Below are positions 51,968 to 62,765 of a stretch of DNA of 64,000 nucleotides, in pieces. Origin of the DNA: a bacterium UBP13_UBA5359 (GTDB lineage Bacteria; UBP13; UBA5359). Every line of letters starts with the position of its first letter. Position 1 is the first letter of the stretch. The stretch is from contig DHPR01000033.1 in NCBI GenBank assembly GCA_002410925.1, forward strand, positions 142,397-206,396. The letters run 5' to 3'. The notes under the pieces are model-generated. The model worked only from the letters and a program-made list of their open reading frames with translations. It was not told the DNA's origin and made no database searches. The position numbers and the translations under genes were made by a program.

Positions 51968-52921
51968 TTACTCCTTAGCTGGCTTTCCCCAAGTTTCTCC
52001 GCATGCGGGCTTGTATCCATTTATATACTGCGTCGCATGCAGGCATTTTCTGTTTTCAGGCTGAAGCTCTGTTATCAGCAAACCATCCTGACCGGTAGCC
52101 AGCAATATACCCTGCTCGGATATCTCCACAATCTCTCCGGCCTGGCCTCCTGAAACCGGCTTTACCTCTGCCCGACATATTTTCAACCGCTCGCCGTTTC
52201 TATAAGTAAAGGCGGTCGGCCAGGGTATCATCGCCCTTATAAGATTGCGTATTCGCCCGGCGGATAAGGACCAGTCGATCTCTGCTTCAGCCTTGGTGAT
52301 AATCGGCGCATATGTTGCCTTGCTCTCATCCTGAGGCACAGCCAGCGTTTTACCGCGCCCTTCAAGTATTACGGCAGTGGATTCCAACACCAGTTCAGCG
52401 CCGATTTCCGACAAACGCTGCCCCAGTGTGAGAGAGGTATCGTCTGCATATATACGCTCAGGCCGTTGCAGCAGTATATCTCCGGCATCTACCCTGGCAG
52501 TCATATAGAGAGTGCTAACTCCCGTTGCGCTATCACCATTCATAATGGTACGCTGTATGGGTGCTGCTCCCCTGTATGCCGGCAGAAGCGAGCCGTGCAG
52601 ATTCACAGCGCCCAGCTCAGGCACCTCCAACAGTGCCTGCGGTAATATCTGCCCATAAGCGGCCACCCACAGGATTTGCGGGTGTAATGAAGATATTTTA
52701 TCCAATGCTTCAGCAGATTTTATGCGCTCCGGTTGATATATCTCTATGCCCAATTCCAGCGCCGCTTTTTTGGCAGGGCTTAATCTGAGCCTGAGACTGC
52801 GGCCGGCAGGCCTATCAGGTTGCGTTACCAACAGCGATATGCCCACAGCTTCGTGCAAACTTCTAATAGAGGGAACGGCAAACTCCGATGTCCCCATAAA
52901 TATTATCTTTGTATTCATCAT
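51968..52921 (-). CDS. fmt: Methionyl-tRNA formyltransferase
   Basis: FMGT, TQPDRPAGR, NLHGSLLP.YRGAAPIQ. Confidence 0.96.
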   Translation of the reverse strand: MMNTKIIFMGTSEFAVPSIRSLHEAVGISLLVTQPDRPAGRSLRLRLSPAKKAALELGIEIYQPERIKSAEALDKISSLHPQILWVAAYGQILPQALLEVPELGAVNLHGSLLPAYRGAAPIQRTIMNGDSATGVSTLYMTARVDAGDILLQRPERIYADDTSLTLGQRLSEIGAELVLESTAVILEGRGKTLAVPQDESKATYAPIITKAEAEIDWSLSAGRIRNLIRAMIPWPTAFTYRNGERLKICRAEVKPVSGGQAGEIVEISEQGILLATGQDGLLITELQPENRKCLHATQYINGYKPACGETWGKPAKE

Positions 52922-53385
52922 CCTGCATCGCTCTTCTTAAGTGTTAAAGGATCGGCCTTATCCACATAGAGAATACCATTCAGATGATCGATCTCGTGCT
53001 GCAGTGCCTGAGCCAGCAAGCCGGTGCCCTCCATTTCAAATTGTCTGAACTTGAAGTCTCTGGCGCTAACCCTTACCCAGGAGGAGCGCTCTACTTCGGC
53101 CGTATAACCGGGAATGCTCAGGCAGCCCTCCTGGCAAACAACCTGTCCGCAACAAGACACGATTTTGGGATTGATAAGAACTATAAGCCCTTCGCCGATA
53201 TCCACCAGTGCTATCCTCTTGTCAGAACCTACCTGGGGAGCTGCCAGACCGGCGCCATTAGCAGCATATAATGTATCCGTCATATCCTTGATCAGATGCT
53301 TTATATCGGGCGTTACCACCGTTACATCCCTCGTCTTCTCTCTGAGACGGGGGTCATCTTTAGTTAATATTTTGAGTATGGCCAT
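52918..53385 (-). CDS. def: Peptide deformylase
   Basis: GLAAPQVG, EGCLS, QHEIDH; alternative GTG start at 53394. Confidence 0.96.
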   Translation of the reverse strand: MAILKILTKDDPRLREKTRDVTVVTPDIKHLIKDMTDTLYAANGAGLAAPQVGSDKRIALVDIGEGLIVLINPKIVSCCGQVVCQEGCLSIPGYTAEVERSSWVRVSARDFKFRQFEMEGTGLLAQALQHEIDHLNGILYVDKADPLTLKKSDAG

Positions 53386-53415
53386 AACTGTCACACTCCT
53401 TCCAACCGTATAATC

Positions 53416-55593
53416 TTAATCAGGGTCCACATCAATTATGAGCCCTCTCCTATCAGCCTGCCGCATGGGCAGCAGAACTTCTCTCAGATGCTCCAGCGTT
53501 CTCTTCAATTCGCCTGATTTCACCAGCAGATGCCATCTGTATTGTCCTTTAAGTCGTGCTATAGCGGCAGGCGCCGGCCCGATAATTATATCATGTTGCG
53601 GCATATTGTGCCGCAGCAACCCAGCAAAGGCCGTAATCCTATTCCGGGCTATATCCGGTGCCGGATCGAAAGAGACTATGCTTATAATATGGCTGAAGGG
53701 CGGGTATGACAACTCCTTCCGCTGCTGCAATTCCGCTTCATAAAAGGCGATATAATTATGTTCGGCTGCACAGACAATGGCCGGATGCTCCGGATTATAT
53801 GTCTGCAGCATTACTTTACCCTCATCGGAGCCGCGACCTGCCCGGCCTGCCACCTGTGCCAGAAGCTGAAAAGTCCTCTCACCAGCTCTAAAGGATTCCA
53901 CATTTAACGATATGTCGGCAGCAATAACACCGACAACCGTAACATCAGGAAAATCATGCCCCTTGGCAACCATCTGAGTACCTATAAGTATACCGCCGCT
54001 TTTGCTTTTGAAGGCCTCTATCAGTTCCTGATGCGCTCCCTTTCTGGAAGTGGTGTCCCTATCCATTCTAAAAACCGGTGCATCGGGAAATTCCAGTGCC
54101 GTACTCTCTTCCAGCCTTTCAGTTCCCAGCCCGAAATATCTGATACGATGACTGGAACATTTAGGACAGGTATTCGGCGCCTTTGCCGTATATTCGCAAT
54201 GATGACATGTCAGCATTTTATTTTTCATATGATAGGTGAGCGAAACTGAACAGTTAGGACAGCGAACAGAGTAACCGCACTCCCGACAAAGAACAAAGGT
54301 AGAGTAGCCCCTTCTGTTCAGGAAGAGTATGCTCTGTTTATCATTATCCAGCGCCTCTTTTACCGCATTCATCAGCTTTCGGCTGAAGATACGACGATTT
54401 CCGGATTTAAGTTCCTCCCGCATGTCGATTATCTCAACATGCGGCATTTCCCTGCCTGCTACCCGTTTCTTCAGTTCCAACAGCGCATACTCGCCGTTAG
54501 ACGCCTGATAATAGCTCTCCAGCGACGGAGTAGCGCTGCCCAGCACTACCTGAGCACCATAAAGATCCGCTCTCTTTATGGCTACATCTCTGGTGTGATA
54601 CCGAGGGCAGCTATCTTGCTTGTAGCTCTGATCATGCTCTTCATCAATAACTATTATGCCCGGATCTTTTAAGGGGGCAAAGACGGCAGACCTGGGTCCC
54701 AATACAATATCTGCGTTGCCTTCAGCTATCCTGCGCCATTCCGAGGCTCTTTCACCAGCCGACATAGCGCTATGCAGCACAGCCAGCCTTTGGCCGAATC
54801 TGCTTCTGAATATGCCGGATATCTGTGGCGTAAGCCCTATTTCCGGCACGGTCACTATTGCCTGGCGGCCGCCGGCCAGTGTTTTTTCAACCATACGGAT
54901 ATATAGTTCCGTCTTACCGCTTCCGGTAACGCCATGCAGAAGCACCGGCCTGGTATCGCCACGTCTTCTCAAATCCATAACAGCATTCAATACATGCTGT
55001 TGCTCATCAGTAAGGCGCTCCGGAATATTATCATTTACACATAATGAAACGTAAGCTTCATCAGGCGTAACAAAAGAAACGACGCCTTTTTTTACCAGCG
55101 CATTCATTACAGCAGAGCTGACGCCGCAAAGGCGATAACATTCAGCTCTGCTGAAGCGGAAAGGATTGGCAAGGATAAGATCATACAATCTTTGCTGTAA
55201 TGCCGTCAATCTGTCAGGCGCTCTCTCAGATGGTCCGACCAGAAGCACTCTCTGCTTACGAACGCCCTCTTCAATATAAGAGGGGTAAAAGAGCCTTAGT
55301 GCATCTATGGAGGGAGAGAAATAGCGCCGAGCAATCCATTTAGCTAACGCTATGGCTTTCTCGCAAAGAAAGGTATCATGACGAGTTAAATGGAGTATAG
55401 TACTGAGATCGGCATAAGCAGAATGGCTCTTAAGATACGCAATTATGCCTTTGACATGCCTGCGGTTAAAGAGAACTTCAACTTCATCGCCCACCATAAC
55501 CTCTTCTTGAAGGTGAGGTGGAACGATATAATCAAAACCAAACTCACCGGTAAGAACGGGAAGATCAACTATAACCTCGGCTATCATTTTCAA
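53416..55593 (-). CDS. priA: Primosomal protein N'
   Basis: GVTGSGKT, DEEH, two Zn-finger CxxC pairs, GRAGR, DVDP. Confidence 0.96.
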   Translation of the reverse strand: MKMIAEVIVDLPVLTGEFGFDYIVPPHLQEEVMVGDEVEVLFNRRHVKGIIAYLKSHSAYADLSTILHLTRHDTFLCEKAIALAKWIARRYFSPSIDALRLFYPSYIEEGVRKQRVLLVGPSERAPDRLTALQQRLYDLILANPFRFSRAECYRLCGVSSAVMNALVKKGVVSFVTPDEAYVSLCVNDNIPERLTDEQQHVLNAVMDLRRRGDTRPVLLHGVTGSGKTELYIRMVEKTLAGGRQAIVTVPEIGLTPQISGIFRSRFGQRLAVLHSAMSAGERASEWRRIAEGNADIVLGPRSAVFAPLKDPGIIVIDEEHDQSYKQDSCPRYHTRDVAIKRADLYGAQVVLGSATPSLESYYQASNGEYALLELKKRVAGREMPHVEIIDMREELKSGNRRIFSRKLMNAVKEALDNDKQSILFLNRRGYSTFVLCRECGYSVRCPNCSVSLTYHMKNKMLTCHHCEYTAKAPNTCPKCSSHRIRYFGLGTERLEESTALEFPDAPVFRMDRDTTSRKGAHQELIEAFKSKSGGILIGTQMVAKGHDFPDVTVVGVIAADISLNVESFRAGERTFQLLAQVAGRAGRGSDEGKVMLQTYNPEHPAIVCAAEHNYIAFYEAELQQRKELSYPPFSHIISIVSFDPAPDIARNRITAFAGLLRHNMPQHDIIIGPAPAAIARLKGQYRWHLLVKSGELKRTLEHLREVLLPMRQADRRGLIIDVDPD

Positions 55594-55636
55594 AACTCCA
55601 CGACCCGCTGCCGAATAACCTTGTATCGCGGCCGCG

Positions 55637-56533
55637 TTATAAGGTTATTTCCACTTTGGCCTTGCTGCGCTGCTCCTGAATCCATCCGGGAATAACTGCC
55701 TTGCGTTTTTCATCCATAAGTATCTTTTTTATCTCATCCTTCACTGAGGTCAGAGACATTTCACGCTCAGCTTCCCTGGCTTCCACTTTAATGATATGGT
55801 AACCGTAATTGGTTTTGACAATATCGCTCGTTTCACCGACATTAACAGCAAAGGCTGCCATTTCAAATTCTGGAACCATCTGTCCGCGAATAAAGGTTCC
55901 CAGATCCCCGCCATTGGCTTTGCTGCCCGGATCGATAGATATCTCGGCAGCCAACTCATCGAACTTCTTATCGCCGCTCTTCAGCTGTTCCAAAGCCTTT
56001 CTGGCCTCTTCCTCTGTCTGCACCAGAATATGCCTGGCTCTTACCGTCTCGGGCACAGTATAGCGCTGCTTATTCTCATCATAATGCTTCTTAATTTCAT
56101 CATCCGCAACAGCTGTGTCGGCTGCAGTCAGCTTATCCAGCATCAGTTGCGGCACCATATTGGTCTTTAAAGATTCCAGATCTATCTTATACCGTTTCAA
56201 AGCCTCCTCAAAGGCAGCCTCATTGGGAAACTGAGATTTTATCTCGGCTACCCCGGCATTGACTTCAGCATCGGTTATCTTGATACCGGCCTTGGCAGCG
56301 GCTTGCTTGATAATCAACATATCGATCATCTGTTCCAGCATCGAGCTACCGCCCTGTTTGATTAGCCTATCGACAAGGCTCTGCCTGGTAATAGCCTCTC
56401 CGTTTACCGTAGCAACGATATCGGGCCTGGCGGCAGATGCCGCCGTCTTTTTGTCAGCCGCATATCCAGCTGTCGCTGTCGATAAAATCATGATCGCTGC
56501 GGTCGCCGTGAATAGAGTCTTAATTGTTCTCAT
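55637..56533 (-). CDS. PrsA/SurA-like parvulin peptidyl-prolyl isomerase
   Basis: VATVNGE.IT, VRARHILV, GGDLG, YGYHIIK; Sec/SPase I-type signal peptide. Confidence 0.9.
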   Translation of the reverse strand: MRTIKTLFTATAAIMILSTATAGYAADKKTAASAARPDIVATVNGEAITRQSLVDRLIKQGGSSMLEQMIDMLIIKQAAAKAGIKITDAEVNAGVAEIKSQFPNEAAFEEALKRYKIDLESLKTNMVPQLMLDKLTAADTAVADDEIKKHYDENKQRYTVPETVRARHILVQTEEEARKALEQLKSGDKKFDELAAEISIDPGSKANGGDLGTFIRGQMVPEFEMAAFAVNVGETSDIVKTNYGYHIIKVEAREAEREMSLTSVKDEIKKILMDEKRKAVIPGWIQEQRSKAKVEITL

Positions 56534-57749
56534 TGGTTCTCTTCCTCTCCTTTAAAATATCTGCAATTCTTTCCATAATAGAGCAAGCAAGGCTATCCTT
56601 GCTTGCCTGACCGATACAAATAGGTTCCCTGTTCTTCATAAGCAAAGTAAAGGATCCTGTTTCAGCACCGAAACTTGTTGGATCGTTGAGGACGATCATA
56701 TCAAGCCTTTTATCAGCCAGCTTTCGCTGTGCATTCTCCAGATGATCAGCTGCCTCCAGCGCAAAACCGATCAATACACAATTCACCGCACGTCCTGCAA
56801 TATCCTTCAAAATATCAGGATTTCGAACCAGGTTAAGGATCATAGCATCCCTATTCTTTTTTATCTTGCCTGAAGCACGCACAGCCGGCCTGTAATCGGA
56901 TACGGCAGCAGCCATGATCAGAACATCCGTCGTATCTATTCCAGCATTGACCTCCCGCTGCATATCCAGAGCGCTCTCTATGCTGATAAGTTCGGCTCCG
57001 GCAATTATATCATCAGGAGTCTCGTTTGCCGGACCCATTACGAGCCTAACCTCAGCCCCCTGCGCCAAGGCTGCGCGAGCTAACGAAAAGCCGATCCTGC
57101 CGGTAGAAGGATTCGATATATACCTGACATCGTCCAGCCATTCACGCGTAGGACCGGCGGTTATCATTATCCTGACGCCACCCAATGGCTTATTGGTGAC
57201 AAGGATTGCGGTTAATGCCGCTAGTATGTCCTCCGGTTCTGCCAGCCTGCCGGTTCCTTGCGCTCCGCAGGCCAGATAACCCTCTCCGGGAGCAATGATT
57301 GTTACGCCTCGCCGGCGTAGCAGGGATACGTTGTCCACTACAGCCGGGCTACACCACATAGCTGTATTCATAGCAGGAGCAACCGCTATGCGATGCGGTG
57401 AAAAGGCAAGGGCGGTAGAAGTGACCAGATTGTCGGCCATACCGCACGCAAGCCTTGCTATGGTGTTAGCCGTCGCCGGTGCCAGAAGGTAAACGTCTGC
57501 CCACTCGGCCAGCGAGATATGGCTATCACGCCAGGCGCCGTCAGTGAGAAAATTGTCGGCGTAAACCTCATGCCCTGCCAACGCTCTCAACGTATCAATG
57601 CCGATAAAATGCTTGCCGGCGTCAGTAATCAGAGCCTTTACCTCGGCCCCTTCCTGCTGTAGCAGCCTGATCAGATATGCTGACTTATAAGCCGCAATGC
57701 TTCCGGTTACTCCAAGCAGCACTCGTTTTCCCTTAAGCATATGGTTCAT
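56520..57749 (-). CDS. coaBC: Bifunctional PPC decarboxylase / PPC synthetase
   Basis: GVTGSIAAYK, PAMN, LACG..G.GRL, TAGPTRE, AAVSDY. Confidence 0.96.
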   Translation of the reverse strand: MNHMLKGKRVLLGVTGSIAAYKSAYLIRLLQQEGAEVKALITDAGKHFIGIDTLRALAGHEVYADNFLTDGAWRDSHISLAEWADVYLLAPATANTIARLACGMADNLVTSTALAFSPHRIAVAPAMNTAMWCSPAVVDNVSLLRRRGVTIIAPGEGYLACGAQGTGRLAEPEDILAALTAILVTNKPLGGVRIMITAGPTREWLDDVRYISNPSTGRIGFSLARAALAQGAEVRLVMGPANETPDDIIAGAELISIESALDMQREVNAGIDTTDVLIMAAAVSDYRPAVRASGKIKKNRDAMILNLVRNPDILKDIAGRAVNCVLIGFALEAADHLENAQRKLADKRLDMIVLNDPTSFGAETGSFTLLMKNREPICIGQASKDSLACSIMERIADILKERKRTNENN

Positions 57750-57949
57750 TTCTCCGGTTGCGCTTGAATAATCTCAACTTCGCCCTTAATTATTTCATCA
57801 AGAGCTATGGTAACAGGCTTGGTAGCCGAGGTTTTAATTACCGGCTCCTTACCGCTGTTTATCTCTCTGGCTCGTTTAGCTACCGCTACTGTTAGGGCAT
57901 ATTTATTTATGCCCATATCCCGTCTTACCTCAACTGGTGAAATCAGCAT
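57746..57949 (-). CDS. rpoZ: RNA polymerase omega subunit
   Basis: NKYALTVAVAKRAREI...KPVTIALDEI; located between gmk and coaBC. Confidence 0.92.
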   Translation of the reverse strand: MLISPVEVRRDMGINKYALTVAVAKRAREINSGKEPVIKTSATKPVTIALDEIIKGEVEIIQAQPEK

Positions 57950-58530
57950 TCTTGGTCATCTCCCTTTCGTCGCCTTCTCTCATTCTGTATTATTTCCGCT
58001 AATTCACTAACGGCTCTATCCACAACATCATTTACAACAATATAATCGTATGCAGCGGACGCAGCTATCTCTCTGTCGGCCTCTATTAATCGACGTTTAA
58101 TTGCCTGTCCGTCTTCCGTTCCGCGCTCTGTCAATCGGCGAGCTAATTCGGCATGCGATGGAGGAACAAGAAAGATTGTCAGGGCATCAAAAACGGCACC
58201 AGCCACCCTTTCAGCTCCTTGTACATCAATAACCAAAACAACATCCCTGCCCTCGTTACGCAGGCGTGCAACCTCATCCGCAGGCGTACCGTAATAGTTG
58301 GCATGAACAGAAGCCCACTCCAGAAAACGATTCTCCGCTATCATCTGTTCAAAGCCTTTCTGCTCAACAAAGATATAATCTCGTCCGTTGATCTCTCCTT
58401 CACGCATAGGCCTGGTAGTGACAGAAACGCTTTTCCGAAGATCTGGAAGGCGTTTATTCAGCTCTTTAAAAACCGTATCCTTACCTACACCGGAAGGACC
58501 GGAAATAATAATCAGCAGCCCTTCTTTCAA
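57943..58530 (-). CDS. gmk: Guanylate kinase
   Basis: SGPSGVGKDT, TTR..R.GE..G.DY.F, NYYGT, IDVQGA. Confidence 0.96.
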   Translation of the reverse strand: MKEGLLIIISGPSGVGKDTVFKELNKRLPDLRKSVSVTTRPMREGEINGRDYIFVEQKGFEQMIAENRFLEWASVHANYYGTPADEVARLRNEGRDVVLVIDVQGAERVAGAVFDALTIFLVPPSHAELARRLTERGTEDGQAIKRRLIEADREIAASAAYDYIVVNDVVDRAVSELAEIIQNERRRRKGDDQEC

Positions 58531-58661
58531 AACGTTCCCTCACATAACCTCTCAAGCGAAATTTAGAAGATAGAAACCGGAGAAACCTGAGAGCACTTCT
58601 TAATTCTACTTCCGGCTACTCCGCTTTGGCTGATTTGCCGGCTAGCCGAACAACAGGACAT

Positions 58662-58672
58662 ATTATATCACA
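58662..58672 (-). promoter_or_regulatory. Extended -10 promoter of the gmk operon
   Basis: TGTGATATAAT about 130 nt upstream of gmk. Confidence 0.55.
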
Positions 58673-58798
58673 AGCCATTACTAACATCTAATAAATCTCC
58701 ACCGGTGTATATATTATCCTGCGGAAGGTCTTCTGTTTCCGAAACTCTATTCTCTGCTCTCAGTGTCCGGACTTGCAAACAGACCCGCATACCCGGCA

Positions 58799-60988
58799 TC
58801 ATGCATCCAGACGATGGACGCTGATTACATCTTTAATACCCATCAGATGATCGATAGCTTTATTAAGCTCCGTAAGATGTTCAACTTTAAGAAGGATATC
58901 TATCTTAACTCTACCGTCACGATTCCTATTGCGTACGTTAAGGGCGCTTATCATCAAGCGTTGTTCGCTCATAGCACCTGCAATGTCCAACAGCAATCCT
59001 CCGCGGTCAAAGGCCTGAAGTTCAATTGCTGCAATACGATTATGCGTATTCTCCTCTTCCCACGATACATGCAGAACCCTGTCATCATCTCTTTGCATCA
59101 AATTTATGATGTTGGGGCAATCATCACGATGAATGGTCACTCCTCGTCCCCTCGTGACATAGCCGGTAATTTCATCTCCCGGCAACGGGTTGCAGCATCT
59201 GGCGTAACGCACCAGTATACGATCCACTCCCTTGACCCGTACTCCTGTTCTACCATTATGTGCTGCGGGCTTCTTCTGGCCTTCGGTTTCACCACTTAAT
59301 TTAGCAACAACTTCATTATCGGTGGGACGTTCCTTGGTCTCCTCACGCAGCTTATTAATAACCGCCTGGGGAGTCAATTCACCATACCCCAATGCGGCAA
59401 TTAAATCATCAGGCGTCTGATAATTGAATCTGGTCGTTACCTTGCCAATGGCCTCTCCCTTGATGCAGGTAGGATTAAGGCTGGCTTTTACGATCTCTCT
59501 TTCCAACAGAATGCGCCCACGCTCGATATTGGCTTCACGACGCTCCTTCTTCAGCCATTGCCTGATTCTATTTCTGGCCTGCGAAGTCTTGATAAAGCTC
59601 AACCAATCCAGATTGGGCCCGCAAGCTGTCTTGCTGGTAATGATTTCAACGATATCGCCGTTCTTGAGTTGATAATCCAAGGGTACAATACGTCCGTTTA
59701 CTTTCGATCCTGCACAGCGATTTCCGATATCCGTATGGATTCTATAAGCAAAATCCACCGGCGATGCGTCGCGCGGAAGGACCAGAACATCTCCGTTAGG
59801 AGTGAAGACAAAGACTTCATCGCTGAATAGATCGTAACGCAGCATCTCCATAAACTCACCGGCATCGCGCGAATCAGACTGCCATTCCAGCATCTGCCTG
59901 AGCCAGGAGAGCTTCTCTTCATAATCTGTCGTAGTTCCCACGCCCTGTTTATACTTCCAATGTGCCGCTACTCCATATTCGGCTGTACGATGCATCTCCC
60001 AGGTACGTATTTGCACCTCCAAAGGGCTACCATTGGGGCCGATAACCTTAGTATGCAACGATTGATACATATTGCTTTTAGGCATAGCTATATAATCCGT
60101 AAACATCTCTGGTATGGGTTTCCAGAGAGTGTGGACTATTCCCAATACAGCATAGCAATCCTTGACAGTGTCAACGATGATTCTTAAGGCAGTCAGATCG
60201 TAAATCTGGCTGAATTCCAGGTTTTGCCTCTTCATCTTCTGGTAAATAGAGTAAAAATGCTTCGGCCTTCCACTGATAGCTCCCTTGATATCTATTTCAT
60301 CCAGCTTTTTCTGTAATGAATCGATACAAAACTGGATATCTGCCTCTCTTTCTCTTCTCTTTCTAGCAATCTTGGAAACTATATCTCTGTAAGCTTCAGG
60401 CTCTAGATAGCGTAAAGAGAGGTCCTCCAGCTCCCATTTTAACTTACCCACACCCAGACGATGAGCTAAAGGAGCGTATATATCCAGTGTCTCTCTGGCA
60501 ATCTCCTGCTGCTTGCCAGCCGGCATGGATGTCAGCGTTCTCATATTATGCAGCCTATCTGCCAGCTTAATGATTACTACCCGGATATCCTGTGCCATGG
60601 CCAGAAACATTTTGCGCAAGTTCTCAGCCTGCCGCTCCAGCTTGTTCTTGAATTTGAGTTGATTTAGCTTGGTCATACCCTCAATAAGCGCAGTTATTTC
60701 CTCGCCAAAGGTAACTCTTATCTGCATCAGCCTGACAGGGGTGTCCTCAACTACGTCATGTAATAATGCAGCGGCAACCGTATAGACATCCATCTCGATA
60801 TCTGTCAGGATATTGGCAACCTCAAGCGGATGAGTGATGAAGAAATCTCCAGATACGCGATACTGACCAATATGAGCTTGACAAGCAAAATCATACGCAC
60901 GTTTGAGCAATTCTATATCCGCATCCGGCTGATAACGTATTAGCTTCTGGCTGATACTGTCCAGATCTGCGGGCGGCATCTTACTCAC
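58799..60988 (-). CDS. relA: Bifunctional (p)ppGpp synthetase/hydrolase Rel
   Basis: HD hydrolase (LLHDVVED), RPKHFYSI, YQSLHT, EVQIRT, TGS, ZFD and ACT domains. Confidence 0.97.
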   Translation of the reverse strand: MSKMPPADLDSISQKLIRYQPDADIELLKRAYDFACQAHIGQYRVSGDFFITHPLEVANILTDIEMDVYTVAAALLHDVVEDTPVRLMQIRVTFGEEITALIEGMTKLNQLKFKNKLERQAENLRKMFLAMAQDIRVVIIKLADRLHNMRTLTSMPAGKQQEIARETLDIYAPLAHRLGVGKLKWELEDLSLRYLEPEAYRDIVSKIARKRREREADIQFCIDSLQKKLDEIDIKGAISGRPKHFYSIYQKMKRQNLEFSQIYDLTALRIIVDTVKDCYAVLGIVHTLWKPIPEMFTDYIAMPKSNMYQSLHTKVIGPNGSPLEVQIRTWEMHRTAEYGVAAHWKYKQGVGTTTDYEEKLSWLRQMLEWQSDSRDAGEFMEMLRYDLFSDEVFVFTPNGDVLVLPRDASPVDFAYRIHTDIGNRCAGSKVNGRIVPLDYQLKNGDIVEIITSKTACGPNLDWLSFIKTSQARNRIRQWLKKERREANIERGRILLEREIVKASLNPTCIKGEAIGKVTTRFNYQTPDDLIAALGYGELTPQAVINKLREETKERPTDNEVVAKLSGETEGQKKPAAHNGRTGVRVKGVDRILVRYARCCNPLPGDEITGYVTRGRGVTIHRDDCPNIINLMQRDDDRVLHVSWEEENTHNRIAAIELQAFDRGGLLLDIAGAMSEQRLMISALNVRNRNRDGRVKIDILLKVEHLTELNKAIDHLMGIKDVISVHRLDA

Positions 60989-62702
60989 AGCAAGTAAACT
61001 CCCTGTTTTTCTGGTGCAGATCGTAATCCTGCACGTTCATTTGCAAACTTTTTCTGTTCTGCCAGACATTTTCCTCTAACGTATATACAATATCATATTT
61101 AACGCCTTTTTTAAAAGAGGATATATCGGCACCGCGACCAAATGCTATGGCCTCCGCCACACCCTCGTCACAGGCTACCCGCATCTTGAGATGAGAGCCG
61201 CACTTTCCCACCGCAAAGGCTTCAGTGACGGCTACATTTCGGGCAATAAATACAGGACGCTCAGCCTCCGGCCCGAAGGGAGATAAATGCTCCAGTTCAT
61301 TCAGCAGAGCAAATGAAAATTCATGGGGCTGCAAAACGGCATCTATGCGAAGTCTGGGGCGCAGAGCAGCGGCACTACGGACTTCCAGCGCCGCTCTATT
61401 GATCGTCTCATTAAAATCAGACAAGGCAGAGACAGCCAGCGTCAGGCCGGCGGCGGCGGCATGGCCACCGTATCGAAGCAAATGCGCTGAAGCGGCGTCC
61501 ATCAACTTCAGAATATCCATGCCTTCCACCCCTCTGGCAGAGCCATGCCCTTCGCCACCATCCATGGAGATAACAATAGCCGGACGGCCGTACAATTCAG
61601 TCAGCCGACAGGCGGCTATTCCCAGAACTCCCTTATGCCAGCCTGTGCCTGCAGCTACGATCACCTGCTTGTCTGAATAATCATGTGCACCGACAATTTC
61701 CGCCAGTACAGCCTCCACTTCATTACGACGTTTAGCATTGAATATCTCCAGTTTGCGCGCAATGGCATAGGCCTCTCTACGGTTCTCTGTCAATAAAAGA
61801 CGTGCGCTCCAAAGTGCATTATCCATTCTTCCGGCAGCATTCAACCGGGGAGCCAGAATGAATGCCAGCTGCCTTTCATCGATAACAGCGGGCTCCAGCC
61901 GGCAAACCGAAAGCAATTCCCGAATACCGCTTCTACTGCAATCGCGTATGACCTCCATCCCCAGGCTGGCCAGTGTGCGGTTCTCGCCGGACAAAGGAAC
62001 GATATCGGCAATCGTTCCCAGGCAGACCAGATCCAGCTGTGACCGGATCAACTCCTCCGGCAACCCCAGAGCCTGAGAAAGTCCCCAGGCCAGCCGAAAG
62101 GCAACACCCACTCCGGCCAAAGAGAGAAACCTCTCATCCCCGGGATTCAGCCGTGGATTGATAATTGCTTCGGCTTCCGGCGGCCGGCATATTGGAGTAT
62201 GATGATCGGTAATAATGACTTTCATGCCCAGACTTCGCGCATACTCCACAGCGGCATGATCGGAGGTACCGCAGTCAACGGTGATAATAGTGCCGATACC
62301 ACGCTCAAAAGCCTTATCGATAATGGCACTGTTCAAACCGTAACCTTCGCTCAAGCGGTTGGGCACATAGTAGCCGACATCGAATCCCGCCGCAGTCAGA
62401 ATACTGTATAAGAGAACGGTGGAGGTTATGCCATCTACATCGTAATCACCGTAGACCAGGAAGCGGTCTCCGGCTGCAGCCGCATCAATTATCTGCGCTG
62501 TCGCTTCCGCAACCCCCGGCAGGTTATCCGGTGGTAAGAGATGCTTGAATTGAGGATGCAGGTATGCAATCGCATGGTCAGGCCTCTTTACTCCTCTCAA
62601 TAGCAGAAGGCGAGCTATAAGCGGCGAAAGACCGACAGCTTCGGCCAGACCGTTGATATCCTTATCATCTATCTGTATATAATCCCATTCAGCCCTGCGC
62701 AA
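60981..62702 (-). CDS. recJ: ssDNA exonuclease RecJ
   Basis: YGDYDVDG, TVDCG, TDHH, GGHAAAAG. Confidence 0.96.
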   Translation of the reverse strand: MRRAEWDYIQIDDKDINGLAEAVGLSPLIARLLLLRGVKRPDHAIAYLHPQFKHLLPPDNLPGVAEATAQIIDAAAAGDRFLVYGDYDVDGITSTVLLYSILTAAGFDVGYYVPNRLSEGYGLNSAIIDKAFERGIGTIITVDCGTSDHAAVEYARSLGMKVIITDHHTPICRPPEAEAIINPRLNPGDERFLSLAGVGVAFRLAWGLSQALGLPEELIRSQLDLVCLGTIADIVPLSGENRTLASLGMEVIRDCSRSGIRELLSVCRLEPAVIDERQLAFILAPRLNAAGRMDNALWSARLLLTENRREAYAIARKLEIFNAKRRNEVEAVLAEIVGAHDYSDKQVIVAAGTGWHKGVLGIAACRLTELYGRPAIVISMDGGEGHGSARGVEGMDILKLMDAASAHLLRYGGHAAAAGLTLAVSALSDFNETINRAALEVRSAAALRPRLRIDAVLQPHEFSFALLNELEHLSPFGPEAERPVFIARNVAVTEAFAVGKCGSHLKMRVACDEGVAEAIAFGRGADISSFKKGVKYDIVYTLEENVWQNRKSLQMNVQDYDLHQKNREFTCCE

Positions 62703-62765
62703 TTTATTTCCCCGAGCAAAAGGCCCCCCTCTAGCAGGCGGGCCCCCTCTTATTATGCTCTTCTT

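Noticed and set aside
58600..58655. Possible c-di-GMP-I riboswitch (GGCAAA...) before gmk
   Set aside because: It lacks the GNRA-capped P2 and the GACGCAAAG/P3 consensus
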